Shown here one piece after another: positions 1 to 8,144 of a stretch of 64,000 nt of DNA. Every line of letters begins with the position of its first letter. The first letter of the stretch is position 1. The DNA comes from Desulfobacterales bacterium. GTDB lineage: Bacteria > Desulfobacterota > Desulfobulbia > Desulfobulbales > JAGXFP01. The stretch is taken from positions 11,905 to 75,904 of the forward strand of contig JAGXFP010000050.1 in assembly GCA_024637225.1 (NCBI GenBank), read 5' to 3'. The position numbers and the translations under genes were made by a program. The notes beneath the pieces were generated by a model. The model searched no databases and was not told where the DNA came from. It worked only from the letters and a program-made list of their open reading frames with translations.

Positions 1-37
1 TCCAAATCAGTATTGCGAACTCACCCAAAGGGGAGCC

Positions 38-931
38 CTATTGGGCAGAAGTAAATATCTGGACGCGGCTGTTTCCGCGGTCTGCGATAAATAAATCACC
101 GCCGGGGTTGATACACAACTGGCCTGGATAATAGAATTGGGCATTTTTCCAGCCGTATCCGAATCTATGTCCCAGGAAAGATCCGTCCTGATTCAAAAGG
201 ACGAGACTGCCCCCATGCTTATCGATCAGGTAAATAGTGCCCCTTCCGTCTACAGCTATATTGGTCGGAAAATTCGCGTACTCGCCGAGTTCCGAGGCCA
301 GCGCCGTGAACCGGTCTTCACCAGGTGCGGCGGCATACAAGGCAACTTCGGTACTGTCCACCAGAAAGACGTTGCCCTGCCGGTCAACGGCGAGGTCGGA
401 AAAGAACCCCGCCTCCTCCGGCACCGGAATATGCCTGAGGTAACTGCCTTCGGCATCGAGAATAAGCACGACTCCCTCTGAGATATCAAGTATGTGGATT
501 GTGTCATTCCGATCGATCTTGAAGCTTCTCGGTATCATTTTCCGGGAAACCGGAGAACCTTTCGGAGCAAGATATCCCTGGTCCGAACCATCGGCGTTGA
601 TGATCACGATTCGCCTGTCTCCGTCAAGGGCGTAGATTACCCCTTTGGAGTTTATCTGCACTATAATCGGAGAATTAACGGGCATTTCGGGAGCCGCCGG
701 TTTCGCGACCCCGTCACTGAAGGTATATTTTACCAGCCGGTTGTTTCCTGTATCGGCAACGACAAAATAATCATCGGTGCAACCCACTCCTTCCGGATGT
801 TTCAGACCGGTACCCTCAACCCCGTCATAGACGGACTGGGCGAAATTTATTTGTAAGGAATCCGCGGCAAAGGCAGCCGGCCCGGCGGAAATTGCATAGG
901 ACAATACTATGAACAGGGCTGATATCCGCAT
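38..931 (-). CDS. Secreted NHL-repeat six-bladed beta-propeller protein (297 aa)
   Basis: I trimmed ORF 38..1153 to Met75, which begins MRISALFIVLSYAISAGPAAFA (signal peptide). This start lies 7 nt after the stop of the upstream cytochrome gene. NHL-type blades are visible (FVVADTGNNRLVKY, IYLIDKHGGSLVLL, LFIADRGNSRVQIF). Confidence 0.75.
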   Translation of the reverse strand: MRISALFIVLSYAISAGPAAFAADSLQINFAQSVYDGVEGTGLKHPEGVGCTDDYFVVADTGNNRLVKYTFSDGVAKPAAPEMPVNSPIIVQINSKGVIYALDGDRRIVIINADGSDQGYLAPKGSPVSRKMIPRSFKIDRNDTIHILDISEGVVLILDAEGSYLRHIPVPEEAGFFSDLAVDRQGNVFLVDSTEVALYAAAPGEDRFTALASELGEYANFPTNIAVDGRGTIYLIDKHGGSLVLLNQDGSFLGHRFGYGWKNAQFYYPGQLCINPGGDLFIADRGNSRVQIFTSAQ

Positions 932-938
932 TATATTA

Positions 939-2210
939 TTACCTCCGAAAAGTGGCATGACATTGAATACATAACTCATTGGCAGTCGAGAAATGAAGGA
1001 AATGGGTGTTCTCGGTTCCATGGGTTCGATGGCAGCTCGTGCATTCGACGCTGCGATTTTTATTGCGCGGATCAGCAAATTCATCACCGATGGGATGGGT
1101 GGTATGACCTCGCCAGTCATGACAATCTCCACACAAATTCCTTTGCGAATCATCCTTCAGCATGAATTGATAATCAGAGCTATGGGGTAAATGGCATTCA
1201 CCGCAATCTCCTTCCGCGATGGGCGGATGCTCGGTTACCGATCTCTCCTGTCTCGCCAATGTGTCGGCATGACACGCGCCGCACACCGCCAGCATGGTTC
1301 CCCGCATAAGTTTTTTCTCCGGCGAGGCGTGGGGGGTGTGACAGTTCATGCAGTTTTTATCGTCAGCCAGGGGCCAGTGCAGATGGGACTTGTTCAGGGT
1401 ATCGTTGATCATTTCATAATGACAGGCCATGCAGGTTTCATATCCCGACGCCTTGAGGGCAAAAGGCTCGGTAGAGCCGGGGGCTACATGACACTGGCCA
1501 CAACTGCCCTTGGCAACCGGATCATGGACGTTATCGTACAGCATTGCCCCCTGGTTCGATCCATGCGGGTCATGACAGGTAGTGCAATCGGCCTTGCCCA
1601 CCGGGTAACCCTTGTGAATTGTCTGGAAGGCCTCCCCGTCCGTTTCGTGGCATTGCAGACAGAGCGCGGGGGTCGCCTCATTGAGAAGTTTGATATTGTC
1701 CGCGGAAGCATGGGCGCCGTGGCAATCGAGACAATTTTCCCTGACCGGGGGGTGGCTGAATTTGTTATTTTCAATTTTGTCGCCAAGTTCCCGGTGACAT
1801 TCAAAACAGAGCTCCTCGCCCTTTTTCAGCAGATTGGAGCGGTTTTGCGAGGCGTGGGGATCATGGCATAAGGTACATTGCCCTTCACCCACGACTTTGT
1901 GGATACTTCGCGCCTCATCCGGGATAAGGTCGCCGTGGCAGGTATAGCATATGGTCTCCTGGGGCGAGGCCATCATCATTTCAAAGTTCGAGGCATGGGG
2001 GTTATGACAGCCGACACACTCGCCATCCGCCAACGGTGTGTGGACGGAGGACTTTTTCATTGCTTCCCGCACCCCGTCGTGACAGCCCAGACAGAGTTTA
2101 CCGCCGGCGCCTTCCTTCAATTTAAAATCAGCCCGCGCATAACAGAGCGCGGGCAGGAAGATGGCGACAGCAACAAGTAATAGAACAGGCTTAGCATTTC
2201 GAAATTTCAT
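939..2210 (-). CDS. Multiheme c-type cytochrome with 16 CXXCH motifs (423 aa)
   Basis: I counted 16 CXXCH motifs. N-terminal signal peptide MKFRNAKPVLLLVAVAIFLPALCYA. Repeated CxxCHxPH(A/G/S)S units match the 'doubled CXXCH' architecture. Confidence 0.9.
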   Translation of the reverse strand: MKFRNAKPVLLLVAVAIFLPALCYARADFKLKEGAGGKLCLGCHDGVREAMKKSSVHTPLADGECVGCHNPHASNFEMMMASPQETICYTCHGDLIPDEARSIHKVVGEGQCTLCHDPHASQNRSNLLKKGEELCFECHRELGDKIENNKFSHPPVRENCLDCHGAHASADNIKLLNEATPALCLQCHETDGEAFQTIHKGYPVGKADCTTCHDPHGSNQGAMLYDNVHDPVAKGSCGQCHVAPGSTEPFALKASGYETCMACHYEMINDTLNKSHLHWPLADDKNCMNCHTPHASPEKKLMRGTMLAVCGACHADTLARQERSVTEHPPIAEGDCGECHLPHSSDYQFMLKDDSQRNLCGDCHDWRGHTTHPIGDEFADPRNKNRSVECTSCHRTHGTENTHFLHFSTANELCIQCHATFRR

Positions 2211-2225
2211 ATAGATTACCTTCCC

Positions 2226-4211
2226 TTACTTCTGTTCAACGATATGGCAGGGATCACACGTTCTCGCGGCAAAAGGTCCATGGAGCTTCTGCTTGAAAAA
2301 TTTCGCATCCTGTGAAGTATGCGGCGTGTGACAATTTACGCAATTAATTACCGCGGGGTCGATGTCAAGATGGGCGTCCTTGAAGCTGTCGCGGTCATAA
2401 TCATGGCATTGGCTGCAGAGATCATGAAGCGGCTGGCTCATCAGCATTGCCGCGTCATCGGAGTAATGCGGCTGATGACAGCGCAGACAATCCCTGGCTG
2501 CCGGCGGATGAATTCTTTCGGTAGCCATTTTATCCTGGATGTCCTGGTGACAGTTAAGGCAAAGCTCGGGGCTTGGGGCCTTAAGCAGGGTTTCCAGCCC
2601 CGATTTATGTGGATCATGGCACTCGGTGCATTGGCCGTCCATCACCACCTGGTGCCTGCTTTCAGCGCTTTTCAGGCCATCCTCAAGGTAATCGTGACAG
2701 GAAAAACAAAGCGACTCCTGCTCAGCCACCAGCATCCCCTTCATATCGCTGGCATGGGGGTCGTGGCAGGTGAGGCAGTCGTCATCCGCAAAGGGAGAAT
2801 GGACATTTTCCCCCGACTCCTTTTTCATTAACGGCTCATGGCATTGCTCACAGAGCTTGTTTCCCCTTTCCTTGAGGAATTTTTTATCGGCGGAGCCGTG
2901 GCCGCTGTGGCAGGCGATGCAGTTGCCCTTCCGGACGGGATCATGAATATTTTTTTTCTGATATTTACTTTCCAGATCCATGTGGCATGAATAACAGACC
3001 TCATCCCCCCTTTTAACCATAAGGTTTGGCAGGTTCGCGCCGTGGGGATTGTGACAGGTTGCGCAATCCGCATCAGCATACGGAGGATGTTGATTTTTCA
3101 GTTTTTTACCCGCGGCCTCGGTCCCGGCGTGGCAGCTGAAACACAACTGATCGACCGCCATGCCGAGCTGGGCCTGATGGGAGCCTGAATGCGCGGCATG
3201 GCAGGATAGACAGCCATCTTCACCCTGCAGGGGTTCATGGGGGAATCTGACGTTTTTCCCGGGATCCTGATGACAGGTAAAGCAGAGAGAATTACCGCCG
3301 GCAACAAGGAGATGCTGCTGATCAGATGTGTGGACATCGTGGCAGGAGAGACATTCACCGCTTTTAAATGGTTCATGCTCGACATCGCCGCCTGCCATCA
3401 AATCGGCTTTATCGTGACAGAAAAAACAGAGCTCCTCGCCTTCCGCCTGAACGGCAAATGGCTTGGCGCCGGAGGGTGATTCGTGGCAGTCTCCGCAAGA
3501 TGCCGATCCAACCGGTTCATGGATGCTGGCTTTCATCAGATTTTTCCGCATTGAGGAGTGCGGCGCGTGACAGCTGTTACAGTCCTCTTTCTCAACGGGA
3601 TATTCACCGTGGGCTTTTTTGAATTTGCCGGCATCACTGTCATGGCAGGAAAGGCAGAGTTCGGGGGCCGTACTGCTGAGCAGATTTTTTTCAGGGGCGG
3701 CATGAACGCTGTGGCAACTCAGGCAGCCATCGTCCTTGATCACCCGGTGTACGACTTTACGATTGTATTCTTCCTCGTCGTGACAGGCAAAACAGACCGA
3801 ATTGCCTTCTGACGCCAGGAGATACGGATCATCGGAGGCATGGGGGTTGTGACAGGAAATACATTCCCCCCTTCTCACCGCGGTATGGACATTCTCCTGG
3901 TTCAGCTTGAGATCCTCAACCTTATGACAGGTATAACAGAGGTTATTCCCATCTTCTTTAAGGATGAGTTTCGCGACTACGCCATGCCGGAGATGACACT
4001 CTTCGCATTTTTCTTCCGCGACCACCTTATGGACGTTCTTCATGGAAAGATACTTTTTGCTGAAATCCGTATGACAGTCCACGCAGCCTTTTTTGGTGAA
4101 TTTCCTTCTCGCGGCCTCGGAATCTTCACTGAAAGCCAAGGCGATCAGGCAGCAGGCGATAACAGCCGCTCCTAAAACGGATAGTTTGCGTTTAAGATTA
4201 TTATTCAACAT
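2226..4211 (-). CDS. Multiheme c-type cytochrome with 26 CXXCH motifs (661 aa)
   Basis: I counted 26 CXXCH motifs, arranged as 13 pairs of about 50 aa each. The hydrophobic N-terminus LSVLGAAVIACCLIALAF is a signal peptide or possible lipobox VIAC. It ends 15 nt upstream of the 16-heme gene. Confidence 0.9.
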   Translation of the reverse strand: MLNNNLKRKLSVLGAAVIACCLIALAFSEDSEAARRKFTKKGCVDCHTDFSKKYLSMKNVHKVVAEEKCEECHLRHGVVAKLILKEDGNNLCYTCHKVEDLKLNQENVHTAVRRGECISCHNPHASDDPYLLASEGNSVCFACHDEEEYNRKVVHRVIKDDGCLSCHSVHAAPEKNLLSSTAPELCLSCHDSDAGKFKKAHGEYPVEKEDCNSCHAPHSSMRKNLMKASIHEPVGSASCGDCHESPSGAKPFAVQAEGEELCFFCHDKADLMAGGDVEHEPFKSGECLSCHDVHTSDQQHLLVAGGNSLCFTCHQDPGKNVRFPHEPLQGEDGCLSCHAAHSGSHQAQLGMAVDQLCFSCHAGTEAAGKKLKNQHPPYADADCATCHNPHGANLPNLMVKRGDEVCYSCHMDLESKYQKKNIHDPVRKGNCIACHSGHGSADKKFLKERGNKLCEQCHEPLMKKESGENVHSPFADDDCLTCHDPHASDMKGMLVAEQESLCFSCHDYLEDGLKSAESRHQVVMDGQCTECHDPHKSGLETLLKAPSPELCLNCHQDIQDKMATERIHPPAARDCLRCHQPHYSDDAAMLMSQPLHDLCSQCHDYDRDSFKDAHLDIDPAVINCVNCHTPHTSQDAKFFKQKLHGPFAARTCDPCHIVEQK

Positions 4212-4241
4212 TATCAGTCCGTTCTTCCATGGGGGTTATTA

Positions 4242-4338
4242 AATGATGGCTTCGCAAAAAAATCGACCTCCTGCGCCGTGGCGAATTTTATCGAACTTCT
4301 TGCTTAGCCATTCGATGACCTTCTGCGACTTTGTCATT
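4242..4338. repeat. Short imperfect-palindrome intergenic element, a degenerate relative of the 33871-34272 repeat family
   Basis: aatgatggcttcgcaaaaaaatcg...gcttagccat...cgatgaccttctgcgactttgtcatt. The arms are roughly complementary. The strings 'tcgcaaaaa..tcg' and 'gcttagccat' match the reverse complement of the tandem unit at 33871. Confidence 0.35.
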
Positions 4339-4391
4339 AAATGATTTATTAATTTTTATTCTTCCGGGCCGGATACTATTGGCGCCTTTTC

Positions 4392-6161
4392 TCACTTACC
4401 GGTATCCGTCAGAAGAATCCTGACGGGATATACTTCCTTGAGCTTCAAGATCCATTCGTCAAGCACCTCTTCGCTTTTCAGACTGAAAACTTTCTTGAGC
4501 ACTTCATCCCTGGCCTCTTCATAGGGCTGCGCTTCCGGCGGATAGACATCGGTCATCAAAAGTACGTAATAAAATTCGCCGTCGGCTGGAGCGTATAGAA
4601 GGGAGTCGCCCTTTTTGACGTCATGGGCGAGCTCTTGCAGATCTTCCGGCAGGGCTGCCAGGCTCAAGAGCTTCTTGTCCAGGGGCAATACTCCATTCGT
4701 GTCCGGGTCGACCAGATTGACGGCATTAGCCGAAATCCAGTTGAAATCGGCTCCCTTGCGCAGTCTGGACAGAGCGAGCTCCGCGTCCGGCCGATTATGG
4801 AGGACCAGGCTTTTTATCCGCAGCATGGTCGAAGAGGAATATTCATCGATATGCTTATCGTAATAGGCGCGGATTTCTTCTTCGGTGACTTCCACCTCGG
4901 GCAGAACGAGCTTGTTCATGAATGTATTGAAGATGACCGATCTTTCAAACTCCTCTACCTTCCTTTTGAAACCTTCCGTCTGGTCAAGACCGAGGCGACG
5001 CGCCTCATAATCGCTGGTGTATCTGAAAATCTTGTTCGCAAGGATTTTCTCTTTGCGGTCATTGACCATTTTCAATTTAGCGGCCTTATCCGCCCCGTGA
5101 TAAAAAGTGCCTTTAAGTTCGGCTGCAAGTTCTGCGACGGTATAGACGAACGGATCAGCATCTCCCTTGGCCTGGGCGAGAATACGCTTGTCCTGGACCA
5201 GTAATTCCAGGTCATTATCAAAATCAAGCTGTTCGTATAATTCTTTATCGACCTTGACATATTTTTCCTGCAGGGCAGCCCCGTATTCCAGAGCCTTCTT
5301 CTTTTGCAGGTTCTCATGAACCCTGCGGTAGGCCTCGTCCCTGGCGGATTGATCCTCGACAAAACGTGTATCGACCAGCCGATACAGGAGGTTGCCTTCC
5401 TCGGTGCGATAAATTTTGCTGTGAGCCCCGGCCTTCATTGCATGCACTTCCTGGGCAATCTCGGATCGCAAGTCCTTTATCTTCACATAGTCATCGTTTT
5501 TCTGTTCCGTTAATTTGCCTTCCTCGATATAGCGTTCGACAACCTGTTCGAAATCGCCATCCTTGATTTCCTCGAGAAACATCCGGGCGGTCGGACCTTC
5601 CGGAAAAAGAAGGGAGTAAAGCTTCACTTCCCGGGATATGTCTCGATACATCTCGTCAACCAGGGCCGAATCAGGCTCAAGGCCCCGAAGATGCTGATTC
5701 ATCAGTTCCTGCCGCAACAGACTCTGCTTGAAATCCTCAATCTGGCTCTTCACATCACCTCTTTCATCCAGGCCGATGTTTATTGCTTCCCGAAAAACAA
5801 GTCTTGCATTTATCAAGCGGTTCAAGACCTGCAGATACTCCTTTTGCCGTTCTTCGGGATCGTCGCTCAACTGCTTATCCTGCCGGGCAAGGGCTTTGGC
5901 CAGCTCATCCTTGGTAACCGCTTCATCATCATCGATCATCGCCACCGGTGTATCGTCGAAAGGCAGTGAAAAAAACGGGGTGGCGAGCTTTTTGAATTTT
6001 TCCGAAGCGGGCTCGGGCATCTGGTTGCCATCGGTTTCAGCGTTGGCTTTGGGCTGGGAATCCTCTCCTCGGGACTCATGGGGATAAAACGGCTGTAAAA
6101 GAATGGCGCCGCAAAAAATGGAAATGCATAGGAAACGATGTATCATTGGATTCACTCTCAT
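4392..6161 (-). CDS. Periplasmic SurA/PpiD-like chaperone with a parvulin-like domain (589 aa)
   Basis: Has an N-terminal signal or anchor sequence and a long helical chaperone-like region. The C-terminal segment (LRIKSLVLHNRPDAELALSRLRKGADF...) looks like a PpiC/parvulin fold, but I cannot see the usual GG(D/E)LG-type motif. Confidence 0.5.
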   Translation of the reverse strand: MRVNPMIHRFLCISIFCGAILLQPFYPHESRGEDSQPKANAETDGNQMPEPASEKFKKLATPFFSLPFDDTPVAMIDDDEAVTKDELAKALARQDKQLSDDPEERQKEYLQVLNRLINARLVFREAINIGLDERGDVKSQIEDFKQSLLRQELMNQHLRGLEPDSALVDEMYRDISREVKLYSLLFPEGPTARMFLEEIKDGDFEQVVERYIEEGKLTEQKNDDYVKIKDLRSEIAQEVHAMKAGAHSKIYRTEEGNLLYRLVDTRFVEDQSARDEAYRRVHENLQKKKALEYGAALQEKYVKVDKELYEQLDFDNDLELLVQDKRILAQAKGDADPFVYTVAELAAELKGTFYHGADKAAKLKMVNDRKEKILANKIFRYTSDYEARRLGLDQTEGFKRKVEEFERSVIFNTFMNKLVLPEVEVTEEEIRAYYDKHIDEYSSSTMLRIKSLVLHNRPDAELALSRLRKGADFNWISANAVNLVDPDTNGVLPLDKKLLSLAALPEDLQELAHDVKKGDSLLYAPADGEFYYVLLMTDVYPPEAQPYEEARDEVLKKVFSLKSEEVLDEWILKLKEVYPVRILLTDTGK

Positions 6162-6319
6162 CTTGTAGTTTTAAAAAAATTAATAGTAAATTTTACCATT
6201 AAACTCAAAAAATCAACATTTTAAATCTCCCACTCCGCACCAAACGGTTTATGATTGCACCGGAGGTATTCGGCTCCGCCCGAGGACGGAAGTTGCCAAA
6301 CATAAAACCCCCGTCACTC

Positions 6320-7567
6320 TTAGCTCCGGGAAGGATTGACCAGCAACCGCACGGTGGCTCTGGACAACTTCCTTAATAAATTGTGCGCGGTATATTCTCT
6401 GCCTAAATCAAAGAAGTAAACCCCATCCGTACCCCTGCGGAAGGCCCTGGCCCCAAAAACGATTTGTCTGCTTTTTTTTTCGATGATCTGCATGGAAAAA
6501 TCCACCTTGGGTTCCCGAGAGGCGCCTTGATAGTCAAAAACTCTGCCCGTCAGCACCAGGTCGGCACCTAATAAATATTCCCCGGTAATCAGATCCGTTT
6601 CCGCAAGTGATGGACCCTGTGGCATATTCGCCCGGATTTTGAGGAGTCCCTCTCTGACCATACCGGGCTCAAACACATCAAAATCAGTCATATTGACCAG
6701 CTCTCTGACGTAATGAAGCTGCGCGATAACCCCGGCATTCTTGCGTGGAGACAGATTGAGCATCGGGATGACAGCTATAGAGTATTGGCTGCCCGGATCA
6801 ACGAGGGGCGAGCGAAAATAATCATAGGGCATGTATTGCCTCTCAAACCATTGCCCCGGCGACAACAAGTTGCCAAGCCGCCCGCTCCTCGGTTGCGGCC
6901 TTGAAAGGTTCCGGCCGTCACCACCGGGAATCCCCGGAACGAAACCGGCCGCCAGAGAGTCGGTCAGCACCCCGACGACTTTTTTTATTAATTCGCTGGA
7001 TTTCCTGATCCGCTTCAGATCAAGAAACCCGGGGGATTCATCCCCCGACAGGCCGACACTGTCCATCCAGATGATTTCCGGACGCGATCCGGATGCAACA
7101 AGTCTTGTGATCAGGGAGATCAGCGGTGGCCCCGCCTCCTGGTATGCCTCCAGGGAGGTGATCAAAACAGCATCGACCCCGGTCTCCTCCAGCAGAGCTT
7201 CCGAAAGAGTTGAATTCACGCCGCCGGTATTGCGCATCCGGTGTTTTTTTCTGAATTGTTCAAGGCGGTTTTTGTCCAACACCCGAAAGCCTTTCTTGAC
7301 AAGCCCTGCGCCGATATAATTCTCGATCTCCTCCAGGGGGGCATTGGTGCCGCTGAGATTTTCAACAGGCAGGACAGCGATGAGAAAATCCCCAATGCCG
7401 GCCGGCCCGGGTTGACCAGTGGTTGCAACCTTTTGTGGTGTTGCCCCGTGTTCGGGAAGAACAGCAAATCCCTCTGTTTTATTGCGGGCGCACCCCCAGA
7501 GATTTGCCGCGAAGAGCACAGCGGTCAAGAGGACCGCTTTATTGAAAAAGCTTGTCGAGAAGCTCAT
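6320..7567 (-). CDS. Lipoprotein with two LpoB/DUF799-like modules (415 aa)
   Basis: I trimmed ORF 6320..7591 to MSFSTSFFNKAVLLTAVLFAANLWG|C (lipobox), which has GGAGAG 6 nt upstream. Two internal modules are present: FLIAVLPVENLSG... and YSIAVIPMLNLSP.... The gene overlaps the upstream gene by 29 nt. Confidence 0.6.
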   Translation of the reverse strand: MSFSTSFFNKAVLLTAVLFAANLWGCARNKTEGFAVLPEHGATPQKVATTGQPGPAGIGDFLIAVLPVENLSGTNAPLEEIENYIGAGLVKKGFRVLDKNRLEQFRKKHRMRNTGGVNSTLSEALLEETGVDAVLITSLEAYQEAGPPLISLITRLVASGSRPEIIWMDSVGLSGDESPGFLDLKRIRKSSELIKKVVGVLTDSLAAGFVPGIPGGDGRNLSRPQPRSGRLGNLLSPGQWFERQYMPYDYFRSPLVDPGSQYSIAVIPMLNLSPRKNAGVIAQLHYVRELVNMTDFDVFEPGMVREGLLKIRANMPQGPSLAETDLITGEYLLGADLVLTGRVFDYQGASREPKVDFSMQIIEKKSRQIVFGARAFRRGTDGVYFFDLGREYTAHNLLRKLSRATVRLLVNPSRS

Positions 7568-8120
7568 CAACACTCTCCAGGGTAATATCATTCATCGGTT
7601 CGCCGCCTCCGCCGAACATCCGATCTGTCAGGGTTATTCCTCCTTTAGTAGAAGAGGCGCTCCAGATGACGGTGCCGGTTTCGGTTTCGCTCATTTGCAG
7701 GCTCAGCGAAATGATATTGGCGGTGCTCGCCCCGGACCTCACCAGATTGTATTCCCGAACCACTCCGGTGATAATGACATCAACACCGAGGATATTGGCG
7801 AGACTCTTGATTTCATCTACCGAAGGGGCCGAGGGATCAACCATGCTTACCCTCCTGATGGCACGATGCACTTCTCCCGGGGGCAGGACATAGAACGCTC
7901 CGGTGGCAAGCAGCATACTGGTGAAAACATCGCGCACCCTTTCCGCGGCATCCTGTTCGTTGGTCAAATTCGCGAAAGGCAGAACCGCGGCGGTTTCTAT
8001 GGCGGCGAAATCAACCATTTCATTATAATAAACCCCTTTCTCCCTGTTGGCGCATCCCCCCAGAAAAACGAGTTGTACACCGACAAGAAGTGCAATGAGC
8101 CCATGTATTTTCCCCTTCAT
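7539..8120 (-). CDS. DUF799/GNA1162-like lipoprotein (193 aa)
   Basis: Lipobox LVFLGG|C. The module AAVLPFANLTNEQDAAERVRDVFTSMLLATGAFYVLPPGEV...GVDVIITGVVREY is typical of the LpoB/DUF799/CsgG-N fold family. The family name is from memory. Confidence 0.55.
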   Translation of the reverse strand: MKGKIHGLIALLVGVQLVFLGGCANREKGVYYNEMVDFAAIETAAVLPFANLTNEQDAAERVRDVFTSMLLATGAFYVLPPGEVHRAIRRVSMVDPSAPSVDEIKSLANILGVDVIITGVVREYNLVRSGASTANIISLSLQMSETETGTVIWSASSTKGGITLTDRMFGGGGEPMNDITLESVDELLDKLFQ

Positions 8121-8144
8121 ATAAAATCTCCCAGAGTAACCGGT

